Source: a virus
Virus record (IMG/VR): IMGVR_UViG_3300024518_004461
Coordinates: 32,001 to 96,000 of that record
Length of the DNA: 64,000 nucleotides
Reading direction: 5' to 3' (one strand)
Shown: piece after piece, positions 29,621 through 39,304 of the stretch
Layout of the letters: the number at the start of each line of letters is the position of its first letter
Position numbering within the stretch: position 1 is the first letter of the stretch
Notes under the pieces: generated by a model
Seen by the model: the letters and a program-made list of their open reading frames with translations, nothing else
What the model was told of the DNA's origin: nothing
Database searches by the model: none
Position numbers and translations under genes: made by a program

Positions 29621-30248
29621 CGGTAAGTTCTATTTTAGAAGGATCATTCATATTTTTAAATGGATGGCTAATTTGCCATGTGCGTAAAGAATCATGTTGA
29701 ATACTGGGAGGCGCAGGTAATGAACTTGTTTGTTGCCCCGAAGTGAACATATCGTAAGAATATTTAATCCCCAAATCATTAAAAATCTGAATCAATTTTT
29801 CATAATTATTATCAAACATATCTTCATATCTAATGTGATAAAAATCTGGTATTTTATTATTCTTACTTTCTACAAACCAGTTCGCAACTTGCTCGTATAT
29901 AGAAAATTGGTGATAACGTGGAATATTTCTTCTTCCAAATCTGCGATTTATGGAAGAATATACATATAGGGGGTTTCTCATTATAAACACTGTTTTATAT
30001 TGATTACCAAAATCCGGTAAAAAAGAACCTGTCTGATACGTCGCAGCAGTATGTTGAGTTCCTTTGATGAGTGTATAGTTTTTGCCCTCATTGTGGGCTC
30101 GTGTGATTAATTTCTCATCAGGAGTCATGTGTTCAGAAAGACCGGGTGATGCAACTACTGAAGGGCTCTTTGCCATTATTTTTTTTAGAATACTGGTGCC
30201 ACTGTGGGAAAAGCCGAATATAAGAATATTTTCCACCTCTTTCTTCAT
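29559..30248 (-). CDS. Sulfotransferase
   Basis: GFSHSGTSIL (5'-PSB), IMRNPLYVYSS (3'-PB), IRYEDM. Confidence 0.85.
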   Translation of the reverse strand: MKKEVENILIFGFSHSGTSILKKIMAKSPSVVASPGLSEHMTPDEKLITRAHNEGKNYTLIKGTQHTAATYQTGSFLPDFGNQYKTVFIMRNPLYVYSSINRRFGRRNIPRYHQFSIYEQVANWFVESKNNKIPDFYHIRYEDMFDNNYEKLIQIFNDLGIKYSYDMFTSGQQTSSLPAPPSIQHDSLRTWQISHPFKNMNDPSKIELTDEQLNEIKKSKIVEKMGYII

Positions 30249-31012
30249 TCTGCTTTCCTCAAAACAACATTAAAATCAAATTTATTTTTCATGGTATTGT
30301 AAACATTAATTAGTTCAAATTTAGCATACCCTAAGTGAAAAAGATTAGAATATAATTTTTCGAAATGGTTGGGGTGAAACTGCCACTTATGCACATCCAA
30401 ATCTTTACTCTGATACACTTTGATCGCTTTTTTTACGCTCTCTAAATTGTTTTCATAGATCGGTCGCCCATGTTTTCCACTCCAATGATTTTGTGCGTTA
30501 TTGTGTGTGACCATTGATCGATGTTCGATGACTGACTTTAAACTATGTTTCTGGATGGGGTTGTAATAAGCTTCTAAAACATCAGCGATAGTTGATTCTG
30601 ACAGAAAGTGATCAAAGCAATATCTTTTATCCGGTATGGTAAGGAGATAATGCCCACCAAAGTTTAAAATATTATATATATCTTCAAGGTGACGAATGAG
30701 ACAGAGTTGATGTTCTATACAATGACCGCTATACACGATATCAAATTTTTCTATAATTTCAGGGAGTCTTGCTTCGTGGCACACATAATCTACAAAAGGT
30801 TTTTCTGGTAATGTCTCTCCGGGGAATTTATTTTGAAAGCGTTTCTTTAGGGTTTCTTGATCGCAAATATCAGCATATTTAACATTTTTGCCTCTGATTC
30901 TCGGAAATATACTTGGACCTATTTCTAAAACCCTAGAGCTTGATTTAACGTAATGATTTTTAAACTTTTCAAAATCTTGATAAAGATGTTCTTGTTTAAT
31001 AAAAACACTCAT
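30245..31012 (-). CDS. Class I SAM-dependent methyltransferase
   Basis: VLEIGP, FDIVYSGHCIEH, LTIPDKRYCFDH. Confidence 0.8.
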   Translation of the reverse strand: MSVFIKQEHLYQDFEKFKNHYVKSSSRVLEIGPSIFPRIRGKNVKYADICDQETLKKRFQNKFPGETLPEKPFVDYVCHEARLPEIIEKFDIVYSGHCIEHQLCLIRHLEDIYNILNFGGHYLLTIPDKRYCFDHFLSESTIADVLEAYYNPIQKHSLKSVIEHRSMVTHNNAQNHWSGKHGRPIYENNLESVKKAIKVYQSKDLDVHKWQFHPNHFEKLYSNLFHLGYAKFELINVYNTMKNKFDFNVVLRKAE

Positions 31013-31710
31013 TTTTTATCTCCCAAACTTGTGTCTCGGGGTATAAAAGAGCCAACATCATTTCTATTTATTTTTTTAACACTTTCGTTCCTGTCGGTGG
31101 CTATATTATAAATACTTCGCCGTTCATTTCCCACATGCACCACACCTCTTTTATCACTCAATATCTCTCTTAAGACTTTCGGCGCAATAATATCCACATA
31201 ATCTTTTGAACTCCATTGATCCACAAACGCAGCTTCATAAGGAAACTCATAGCCAAAAAAGCTTGTCCTAATGACTAAACTATTTTCATAAGTTCTTACC
31301 AGCAATTCGGCGGCGGCTTTTGTCTTTGCATATTTTGACAATGGATTAATGGGATCATTGATCGTATAGTTTCCTTTCTCTCCGTCGAACACATAATCAG
31401 TTGATATAAAGACAAGCTTTTTTCCTAAATCTTTACAACTTTTCAAGACATTTATGGTCCCAAATACATTCACATCCCAAGCAAGTGAAGGATCGTTTTC
31501 TGTGTTTTTTACATCGGTTATTGCAGCGGAATGAACCACGGTATCACAACCTGAATCCTTGATGTGATTGTGGATTTGATAAGGATTGGTTATGTCACAA
31601 TATTTAGAGGCTGGTGCTATAAAATCTACATCATGGGCTTTGGAGATTTTTATTAGCTCGCTGCCCAGTGTTCCCGAACCTCCTGTAAGGAATATTTTTT
31701 TTAAAACCAC
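31009..31710 (-). CDS. rmlD: dTDP-4-dehydrorhamnose reductase
   Basis: TGGSGTLG, HSAAITDV, ISTDYVFDG, YAKTK. Confidence 0.88.
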   Translation of the reverse strand: MVLKKIFLTGGSGTLGSELIKISKAHDVDFIAPASKYCDITNPYQIHNHIKDSGCDTVVHSAAITDVKNTENDPSLAWDVNVFGTINVLKSCKDLGKKLVFISTDYVFDGEKGNYTINDPINPLSKYAKTKAAAELLVRTYENSLVIRTSFFGYEFPYEAAFVDQWSSKDYVDIIAPKVLREILSDKRGVVHVGNERRSIYNIATDRNESVKKINRNDVGSFIPRDTSLGDKK

Positions 31711-32591
31711 TTATATATCCCTTTAGAATGCTTTGGTTCCCACCCAATCTTTCTTATTTTTTTAGAACTCACAGAATAGCGCAAATCTTGACCCCAACGA
31801 TTATCCACAAACTTAACCGACCGTCGATCTTTCTCTTTCCATTTTAGCATTGTATCCACAACTTCAAGATTGGTCATAGGATTTTCGGCTGCAATATTAT
31901 ATGTTTCGTTTTTGATGCCACTCTCAATAATATGAAATATTGCTTCCACATTATCTCTAACATATGTCCAGTCGCGAACATAAGAGCCGTCACCGTGAAC
32001 TGGAATTTGCTTTCCACTTTGTAGAGAATTGAGGCACTTGGGAATTAATTTTTCTTCGTATTGGCGAGGCCCATAGTTATTCGCGCTCCTCGTTATGATA
32101 TATTCCAAACCGAAAGTTCTATAATATGATAAGACTAACATTTCTGCTGCGGCTTTGGTCGCTGAATATGGGTTTGATGGAGTTAGTTTATCTTCTTCAG
32201 TAAAAGAACCTTCCAAGCGATCACCGTATACTTCATCTGTGCTGATCTGGAAAAATAATGGTCGATCATATTCTGGCTTTCCGCGAACAAGTTCTAAAAG
32301 ATTATGGACTCCTAAAATATTACTTTTAACAAAAGGGCTTGTATCGCGGATTGAGTTATCAACATGGCTTTCAGCCGCAAAATTAATAATTACGTCGCAG
32401 GAAGGAAGATGTTTTAGTTCGGATATATCTTCTTGAATTAGGGTGTAGTTTTTGTCTGAATCCCAAGGTAAAATTTTGTGCGAAGCATAGCCCATTTTAT
32501 CAATATCAATAATGGCGATATTTCGTTCTAACGCGGCTTCAACAAAATGCGAGCCAATAAAGCCCCGTCCGCCTGTTACAATAAATTTCAT
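31701..32591 (-). CDS. rmlB: dTDP-glucose 4,6-dehydratase
   Basis: TGGRGFIGS, FAAESHVDNSI, ISTDEVYG, PYSATKA, NNYGPRQ..EKLIP. Confidence 0.95.
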   Translation of the reverse strand: MKFIVTGGRGFIGSHFVEAALERNIAIIDIDKMGYASHKILPWDSDKNYTLIQEDISELKHLPSCDVIINFAAESHVDNSIRDTSPFVKSNILGVHNLLELVRGKPEYDRPLFFQISTDEVYGDRLEGSFTEEDKLTPSNPYSATKAAAEMLVLSYYRTFGLEYIITRSANNYGPRQYEEKLIPKCLNSLQSGKQIPVHGDGSYVRDWTYVRDNVEAIFHIIESGIKNETYNIAAENPMTNLEVVDTMLKWKEKDRRSVKFVDNRWGQDLRYSVSSKKIRKIGWEPKHSKGIYKWF

Positions 32592-33124
32592 TCTTCCTCA
32601 TAAAAGAACTTAGGGTCGCTTGAATATTTTCTAAATGACTGTGCGCCTAAGTCTTTCTCACTCAGTATAACATTTCTCTCGTCAGTTTTTAATTTAATTC
32701 TAAGGTCGGGATCTTTTATGCTGATTGCTGATTCACCATCTTTGCTGTAATAAGAAGAACACTTATACATTACGTGTGAATCTTCAAGTGCCTCAAAACC
32801 GTGAGCATAGCCAGGAGGAACCCATAGGACGTTTTTATTTTCCTCTGATAATTCAAACTTCCAGCACTCACTATAAGAGGGCGAGTTGTATCGAATGTCC
32901 ACAATATAATCTATTATCTTTCCTGATATTGTTTGCACAAGTTTTCCCATTGGTTTGTCCCACTGGTAATGTAAGCCACGCACAACACCTTGGCGCGAAT
33001 AGGAAATATTGTCTTGGAAAAAATCTTCTTCTAGTTCTTCACTGATAGCGCGGGGGAAAGATTCAAAAAAGTATCCCCGATTATCGAGATAAGATTTATT
33101 TGTGAATAGTTTGTGATTTTTCAT
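32588..33124 (-). CDS. rmlC: dTDP-4-dehydrorhamnose 3,5-epimerase
   Basis: DNRGYFFE, QDNISYS..GVVRGLHYQ, PPGYAHGF, YKCS. Confidence 0.95.
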   Translation of the reverse strand: MKNHKLFTNKSYLDNRGYFFESFPRAISEELEEDFFQDNISYSRQGVVRGLHYQWDKPMGKLVQTISGKIIDYIVDIRYNSPSYSECWKFELSEENKNVLWVPPGYAHGFEALEDSHVMYKCSSYYSKDGESAISIKDPDLRIKLKTDERNVILSEKDLGAQSFRKYSSDPKFFYEEE

Positions 33125-33663
33125 AAAAGATGACTCTTTCCTTCGACACCATTGTTTCTATACCAGTGATATAAATATAACCCCTTGATCAAATAAAACT
33201 TTTGTCCGGTTTCGTTTAATTTTTGATGAAACCAATTGTCTACCCCTAACATACCTTTCTCAACAAATCCACCGCATTTTTCCCAAGCTGATTTTTTAAC
33301 AGCCAAAAACATACCACTCATCAGTTGTGAATTAGTACCAATTTGGATACAGTCGGAACCATATTTATTTTTCATTTCTAATCCAAAATCGCGGTGATAA
33401 GACATATCATTTGTTCTCTTATCGATACCAGGAGCAATTTGCCACCTACAATCGACACGGTTTGTATAACAAGTAAATGCCGAGGCATCTTTATAGCGTT
33501 CGACAGCCCCCTCTACCAATAAGCCAAAATCTGAAGTGGTAAACATTGTATCAGAATCAAAAAAGACGCCCCAATCATCATCATGTGGTAATATCTCCAT
33601 AAATTGATTATAATATACACCAATGTTTTTATCTGAATTGAATGGAACACTGTAATAAATCAT
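33121..33663 (-). CDS. Glycosyltransferase-like (GT-A fold) protein
   Basis: FFDSDT DxD motif, SGMFLAV, YLYHWYR. Confidence 0.6.
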   Translation of the reverse strand: MIYYSVPFNSDKNIGVYYNQFMEILPHDDDWGVFFDSDTMFTTSDFGLLVEGAVERYKDASAFTCYTNRVDCRWQIAPGIDKRTNDMSYHRDFGLEMKNKYGSDCIQIGTNSQLMSGMFLAVKKSAWEKCGGFVEKGMLGVDNWFHQKLNETGQKFYLIKGLYLYHWYRNNGVEGKSHLL

Positions 33664-33673
33664 TGATATTATC

Positions 33674-34342
33674 CTACTTTGAATAAATATGGCCGCATAA
33701 ACCAAGATTAATAAAAGGGTTGAGAGAATGAATGTTGCAGCCATAAATTTCTTTTATTTTTTTACAAACGACAATCGAATGACTCTCCGTCCCGCCTACC
33801 CATTTAAGATATCCTGCTTCATTAGCCTGGTGGGGTTGTATGTCTTTATAATAACCATCAATTGTAAGTTTACCATCAATAGAACCCCCGTCGTGACCAC
33901 AAATAATAATATTTTTTGCCCCCATATATGCAGCACAATGAAGCGCACTGGTTGTTGTGGAGTGACTAACAATTAATCGATCATGGCTCTTAGAAATTTC
34001 ATCATCTAATTGAGCTTGTGTAGGGGTGTGTGGATTCTCTTTATGTTCAAAAATATAATGTTCCATATCAAGCTTGTTCAAACAACTACGAGGATTTCCA
34101 CATGAATGTTTCGACATAATAATCTGGCTCTTATAAGGACTTTTTTTAAGAAGTTCAAGTCCACCAAAATCTTTTGTGACCGTATAGGTACAATCAAAAT
34201 AGTTTCCCGTTCTATTGATTGCAATTGTAATTTTATTTTCAAAAAATGAATTATCTATAAAATTCATGCTTGCACCAGAAGCCAACACCCATATGTCACA
34301 GCCCGCATGTTTATTTTTTAATTCTGTTATACTTTTTTGCAT
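33674..34342 (-). CDS. DUF115/Maf (MptE-like) family protein, putative nonulosonate transferase
   Basis: VLASGASM, IAINR, ALHCAAYMGAKNIIICGHD. Confidence 0.7.
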   Translation of the reverse strand: MQKSITELKNKHAGCDIWVLASGASMNFIDNSFFENKITIAINRTGNYFDCTYTVTKDFGGLELLKKSPYKSQIIMSKHSCGNPRSCLNKLDMEHYIFEHKENPHTPTQAQLDDEISKSHDRLIVSHSTTTSALHCAAYMGAKNIIICGHDGGSIDGKLTIDGYYKDIQPHQANEAGYLKWVGGTESHSIVVCKKIKEIYGCNIHSLNPFINLGLCGHIYSK

Positions 34343-34636
34343 TTAAAAAAAATCCTTCGAATTTACATTCTTATCGTCGATAAACAAATCATAAATTGGC
34401 TTACCTAATTTGAGTTCATGGTATTGTGCTCCCCATCGGTCCAATTGTTTTTCTGTAATCTCTCTCCAATCAATACCACTTCCGCTACCTCTCGCAGTCC
34501 AATAAACAATAGTATCACCATTATAGTACAATTCGTTGATTTTTTCAATATTATTTTTTATTGGAACCGCTTTAGAATAATCTCGGTCTTCTGGAGAGTT
34601 ACAAATTGTCTCGTCTATATCAACGTAAATAATCAT
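34343..34636 (-). CDS. Capsule-biosynthesis-type HAD phosphatase
   Basis: YVDIDETIC, WTARG, GKP.YDLFIDDK. Confidence 0.85.
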   Translation of the reverse strand: MIIYVDIDETICNSPEDRDYSKAVPIKNNIEKINELYYNGDTIVYWTARGSGSGIDWREITEKQLDRWGAQYHELKLGKPIYDLFIDDKNVNSKDFF

Positions 34637-35474
34637 TTATCTCATTTCCAAAGTATTTTTGAGCGAGCTGATAACCACCCGCACCACAATAGTGTAATAG
34701 TTCTATATTATTTTTCCCAAATTTTTCTATTTCGTAGGACTTCAACAAATAATTAAAGCCTGGTGTAAAGGGGCTCCAATTGTCAGAAATCTTCATTAGA
34801 GAAAAAGATGCGGCGTATTGGACTCCAAGATGTTTTACGCGATGGGGTAAGTTATTGTTATGAGACATCTGGTAAGAAGGAATAACGTATTTTTTAAATT
34901 TTTTACAAAGGCTTTCTCGGATTAAAAAAGCTCCACCATTAAAATGTGGAAAAAAGTTTGAATGTTCTTCGGACTCAATGTATTTTTCAAACAAACGTCC
35001 ACAAAATTTATTTTCTAAATCCAGATTGTATCCAAAATGTTTGTTTATATAATTATACCACGTTGCTTCGAACACAGAACCAGCATACATAGCTTGCCAA
35101 TCCTGTGATAAATCAAAGGTAGGTTCCTTTAAAGCAATCATGTCACAGTCTAATAATAGTTTATGTGTTCCTGTTTTATCAAGATTGTGAGCTAAAGAAT
35201 TACACCGAATCATATATGGTGTTTTTTCATAATCTGATTCTATGGGGAACATTTTTATGTCTAAACATGATAATCTTTCTTCATCTTTGTTATTAAATGG
35301 TATGTTTTTATTGTAAAACAAGTTTATGTTATAATCAAATTTCCAATTTTGTTTAATAGAATTATAAAGGATGAAAAACTGTGAAACTATATCAATGTCT
35401 TTTTTCACAGTATTGATAATGTTTGTGTCATTATAGTTGGGGGTACATGGAATAATTATGTTTATCATCGTCAC
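34620..35474 (-). CDS. Glycosyltransferase (GT8-like)
   Basis: LLLDCDM, HFNGGAFL, LLHYCG. Confidence 0.65.
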   Translation of the reverse strand: MTMINIIIPCTPNYNDTNIINTVKKDIDIVSQFFILYNSIKQNWKFDYNINLFYNKNIPFNNKDEERLSCLDIKMFPIESDYEKTPYMIRCNSLAHNLDKTGTHKLLLDCDMIALKEPTFDLSQDWQAMYAGSVFEATWYNYINKHFGYNLDLENKFCGRLFEKYIESEEHSNFFPHFNGGAFLIRESLCKKFKKYVIPSYQMSHNNNLPHRVKHLGVQYAASFSLMKISDNWSPFTPGFNYLLKSYEIEKFGKNNIELLHYCGAGGYQLAQKYFGNEINDYLR

Positions 35475-36124
35475 TAATTTTTATAAAAATAAGCAGGCCC
35501 TGCTCCGTCTTTGTGAATACACATTTCGGGATTTATTCCTCGCTCTTCAAAAAATTCATTCACCGCGCACCGGACACCTTTTGGATTAAAGTGCCAATCA
35601 TCTAGGATTATCAATCCTCCAGATTTCACCTTATCGTATAAATTTCTTAATGTGAAAATTATAGACGAATAAAAATCTGTGTCAATTCTCAATATGTCTA
35701 ATTCCTCAAAAAGCTCTTTGTTTTGTGGAATAGTTTCTTCTAACCAACCTTTAATCAATGTAAGATTTTGGGTCGATGCTCCCAATTTTTGGTATGTTTT
35801 ATATACATCTTCCATCTTACCGGAGGACGGCGTGTTTACCCACGGCTTACATTTTTTCTCATCATCTTTTTCTGTTATATCTGGCATCGGTTCCCAAGAA
35901 TCAAGTCCAAGTATTTTCATGTTAGGGTTTGCTAAGTGACATAACGCTATACATCCACCTCTAGCCACCCCACATTCTATCATTTTTCCAGTATCAAGTT
36001 TTGACACGTAGTCCATCAACCACTTCAAGTGAACATCATAAACCAATGTTAGTCTAGTATAATAACCTCCGGCTTTGGCTGTCTTAATTGCTTGTGTAAA
36101 ATTTCGTTGTTTAGTCATCTTCAA
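35474..36124 (-). CDS. TylF/MycF/NovP-family O-methyltransferase
   Basis: IECGVARGG, LDSWEPMP, KGWLEET, LRIDTDFYSS, GGLIILDDW. Confidence 0.9.
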   Translation of the reverse strand: MKMTKQRNFTQAIKTAKAGGYYTRLTLVYDVHLKWLMDYVSKLDTGKMIECGVARGGCIALCHLANPNMKILGLDSWEPMPDITEKDDEKKCKPWVNTPSSGKMEDVYKTYQKLGASTQNLTLIKGWLEETIPQNKELFEELDILRIDTDFYSSIIFTLRNLYDKVKSGGLIILDDWHFNPKGVRCAVNEFFEERGINPEMCIHKDGAGPAYFYKN

Positions 36125-36837
36125 TTTTTCCTTACTATAAAATCGCAGTTTTTAGTTTCAGTAGAATTTTTTAATTTATTGCAGCCGACCAGATCATCCA
36201 ATAAACCAATAATTTCAAGTTGATCATTATATTTTTTAACCAAATCATTTATTGCTATGGGACAATCTCTCTTTTTATTATTCCATATGTATGGCAAATA
36301 ATCATCAAAAATTATAAACCCACCAGAATTAACTAATGGAAAATATCTTTCGAAATCTGATATTACGGCGTTTCTTCTATGATCGCCGTCGATAAATAGC
36401 AAATCTATGCCTTCTGGAAATTCTTTTTTTACCCCACCAAACATTTCTTCAGACCATGAGTTTCCCCTGAGAATTTTGCAGTCGTATCCATTGGTGTTGA
36501 ATTTTTTAATATTATTGTTAGCCAGCGTTTCTACATTTTTCACTTTGCAGTCATTAGCTATAGTAGAACCTTTTAGAAATAAATCACAACTAACTATTTT
36601 ACTTTCATATTTACTTTGAAGAATATTACATAAACTATGGCCAAAATGAGTGCCTATTTCAAAATAATTCTTACACCGTTCTTTCATAATATGATCTTTC
36701 ACATATAAAACTATGTGGTGATTATGGTGATGAATTCTTTTAAAATTTGGATCATCACTCCCAAGCATTTCCCTTGATGTCTTTAGACTAATTTCTAGAG
36801 TCTCCTCTAAATATTTTAATTTTAAATCAATACTCAT
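36121..36837 (-). CDS. Class I SAM methyltransferase (Methyltransf_24-like)
   Basis: FEIGTHFGHS, IDLLFIDGDH, GGFIIFDDY. Confidence 0.85.
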   Translation of the reverse strand: MSIDLKLKYLEETLEISLKTSREMLGSDDPNFKRIHHHNHHIVLYVKDHIMKERCKNYFEIGTHFGHSLCNILQSKYESKIVSCDLFLKGSTIANDCKVKNVETLANNNIKKFNTNGYDCKILRGNSWSEEMFGGVKKEFPEGIDLLFIDGDHRRNAVISDFERYFPLVNSGGFIIFDDYLPYIWNNKKRDCPIAINDLVKKYNDQLEIIGLLDDLVGCNKLKNSTETKNCDFIVRKN

Positions 36838-37612
36838 TGTTTTTTACCTCTTTTATTTTTTCAAAAAACGCATGATCTTTTAGCCATCGATCTCCGAGAA
36901 ATGCGTCCCGACCATGCAGGGTAAGTTTATCATTAAATATTATACAGTCTTTAGACTTCCAAGTTTTAGAAAAATCATACATAGAGCCCCCAACAATAAC
37001 GTCTTCAAGAAACCTAAAAAATTCTTCTCTAATGTTCATAACTTCTTCGGAATTATGTTCTTCCTTTATTTGCCAGTAATTCCAATTAATGTGTTCCCCA
37101 TTATAAATTGATTTTTTGTGTAGTTTATCACCATCTTCGCCATAATATTTCCAAGTTACATCAATCTTTATTTTTTCTAATAATTCTGGATTGTATTTGG
37201 CTAAGATTGCAACCATTTTTTTAGTAGATAAAATATTAGTATTACCACCGTATTCAGAAGGCTTAATACAAAATAGTATCAGCCAGTCTGGACTTTCATC
37301 GGATCTATAATATGCATAATCGGTATGTAGAGGCTGTCTAGCATTAGACGCAAAATAATGATATATATCAGGATTGTATTTAATGTCCCTTGACTTTGAA
37401 AATTTAGTAGACTTATCATTAACCGGGTGGCATAATCTTATTTCACCTAAAGATTCGGCGAGTTCTTCGTACACCTGTATGTAGTCACAATCCGGCACAT
37501 TAAAAATGTGATAAGCCATATACTGACCCCACACTTCTTTTATTCTTTTTTTTATGTCTTTAGGTGAATTTGCCATATCAAGATGGTAAATAACATTATT
37601 TGCTTTTTTCAT
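36827..37612 (-). CDS. TauD/TfdA-family Fe(II)/2OG dioxygenase
   Basis: PLHTD, LFCIKP..GG, IIFND..LHGR..F. Confidence 0.85.
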   Translation of the reverse strand: MKKANNVIYHLDMANSPKDIKKRIKEVWGQYMAYHIFNVPDCDYIQVYEELAESLGEIRLCHPVNDKSTKFSKSRDIKYNPDIYHYFASNARQPLHTDYAYYRSDESPDWLILFCIKPSEYGGNTNILSTKKMVAILAKYNPELLEKIKIDVTWKYYGEDGDKLHKKSIYNGEHINWNYWQIKEEHNSEEVMNIREEFFRFLEDVIVGGSMYDFSKTWKSKDCIIFNDKLTLHGRDAFLGDRWLKDHAFFEKIKEVKNNEY

Positions 37613-38274
37613 ATTAATATAAAATCAGTTAGTTGATTTTTAATTTCTTCTTTAGAAGTATTCATACACATATCTATAATAGAAAGACTTGAAGCTCCTT
37701 TGATAAAATTTAACTTAATTCCGTGCGATTCAAAACATTTTTTGTCGTATAATTCAATGCCGCCGATTGCATTTATGTAGTGGTTCATATTCTGTGAGTT
37801 ACAAATATTGATAAGATTTTTTGCCTTATCATCTGTTTTTTCTCGATCAATGATCGATGAAGTTTTTATTTTAGTGTGTATGTCTAAATATTTACAAAAA
37901 TGCTCAATAGAAAAATAAGCAAGATCCGCTATTGATTTGGGTTGTTCAAAAAAAATGTCATCTATAATCTTAAGTACATCATCTCTGTATTCGGAATTAC
38001 TATAGCTGGCTCGTATTGTTTTAAAGAACTTTGTTATTTGTTTATTACCCCAATCTACCGCTGTTTCATTTATTTTTTTAAATGAACTCTGTTTTTTTAA
38101 AGGTATAGTAAACATTTTTTTATTACCATTTACTACTATTTTATTTCGGTTTATCCATCCATTTTTTATAAAATTAACATCATCATACAAAACAAAAAGA
38201 TCAACAGCATTTATCAGTTGAAAGTAGCCTATATGTGGTGCAAAATAAGGTTGATGTATAGCTATCTTATTCAT
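37609..38274 (-). CDS. WbqC-family protein
   Basis: IHQPYFAPHIGYF, YDDVNF, WINRN, YINAIGG..LY, LSIID. Confidence 0.9.
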   Translation of the reverse strand: MNKIAIHQPYFAPHIGYFQLINAVDLFVLYDDVNFIKNGWINRNKIVVNGNKKMFTIPLKKQSSFKKINETAVDWGNKQITKFFKTIRASYSNSEYRDDVLKIIDDIFFEQPKSIADLAYFSIEHFCKYLDIHTKIKTSSIIDREKTDDKAKNLINICNSQNMNHYINAIGGIELYDKKCFESHGIKLNFIKGASSLSIIDMCMNTSKEEIKNQLTDFILI

Positions 38275-39301
38275 TTACCGAGAGTCTTACTATTCTTGCT
38301 ATTTTATCAATTTCAAATCTGCTCATTTTTGCATGTAAGGGCAAGTTTATTATTCTTTCATATAGATACATTGAATTTTTATGTCTTTTGAGTGGGTAGT
38401 AATATTTTTTAGCTTCAAGATGATTATTAATAAAAAAATCTATACTCATAGGATTTTTATTTATAATAGGCATATTACCATACACAACCCCTTCGCTGAA
38501 GTTAAAAATCTTTACGTTATTTATATCATTTATAATACTTATGAAATAGTCTTGATTATTTTTGTGTGCTTCTAAATCATAGTCCATGATGTGTTGTAAA
38601 ATCGCGGCACTACTCACATCAGAAATTTTAAAATTTGAACTATCAACATTACTAATTCTTTTTTTTGATGTTGCGTCAAACCCAAAGCCTAAGATTTGGT
38701 TTATTTCTTCTTTGTGCTCTGCATCTATTACAAGAAACCCACCTTCTCCAAATCCCAAATATTTAGTGTGATGGAGTGATCCAAAGCTGGCATCTCCGAA
38801 ACAATTAATATTTATCCCCTCTACAGTTGTCATAGGGGATGATGCGTTATCTAAAATAACCTTGGTGTCATTTTCTTTACACCTGTTCAATATTTCATTT
38901 AAATTTTTTGGATAGGTTCCAAATAAGTTAGTTATTATTAGACAATCATTACTTTCAATAGCCCGATCCAGATCAATAAAACAATAATTTTCTAAAGAGA
39001 TATCCATGACTTTTGTTTTGAGCCCCCCCACAACACAAGAAGGAAAAGTATAAGAAGGTGTTGTAAATTTTTTAACGCCCCTCTTTTTAAAAAATAAAAC
39101 AAGAGCGTGGAGTGCCGAGGTTCCACTTGCAGAACATACTACTGCTTTATGATTCGGCAGTTTTAACATACTTTTTAAATGATTTTCCAATGCAGATTTT
39201 GCAGGGCCTTCATTTGTAAAATGATTTAGATTTGTGGAAGTAGTAAGAAGTTCTTGCATAAGCTCATAATTTATTTTTTTGTTTTGGATATATTTTATCA
39301 T
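38267..39301 (-). CDS. DegT/DnrJ/EryC1/StrS PLP aminotransferase
   Basis: SGTSALH, PSYTF, ILDNA, SLHHTKYLGFGEGG (PLP lysine), LPLH. Confidence 0.88.
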   Translation of the reverse strand: MIKYIQNKKINYELMQELLTTSTNLNHFTNEGPAKSALENHLKSMLKLPNHKAVVCSASGTSALHALVLFFKKRGVKKFTTPSYTFPSCVVGGLKTKVMDISLENYCFIDLDRAIESNDCLIITNLFGTYPKNLNEILNRCKENDTKVILDNASSPMTTVEGININCFGDASFGSLHHTKYLGFGEGGFLVIDAEHKEEINQILGFGFDATSKKRISNVDSSNFKISDVSSAAILQHIMDYDLEAHKNNQDYFISIINDINNVKIFNFSEGVVYGNMPIINKNPMSIDFFINNHLEAKKYYYPLKRHKNSMYLYERIINLPLHAKMSRFEIDKIARIVRLSVNE

Positions 39302-39304
39302 TTT

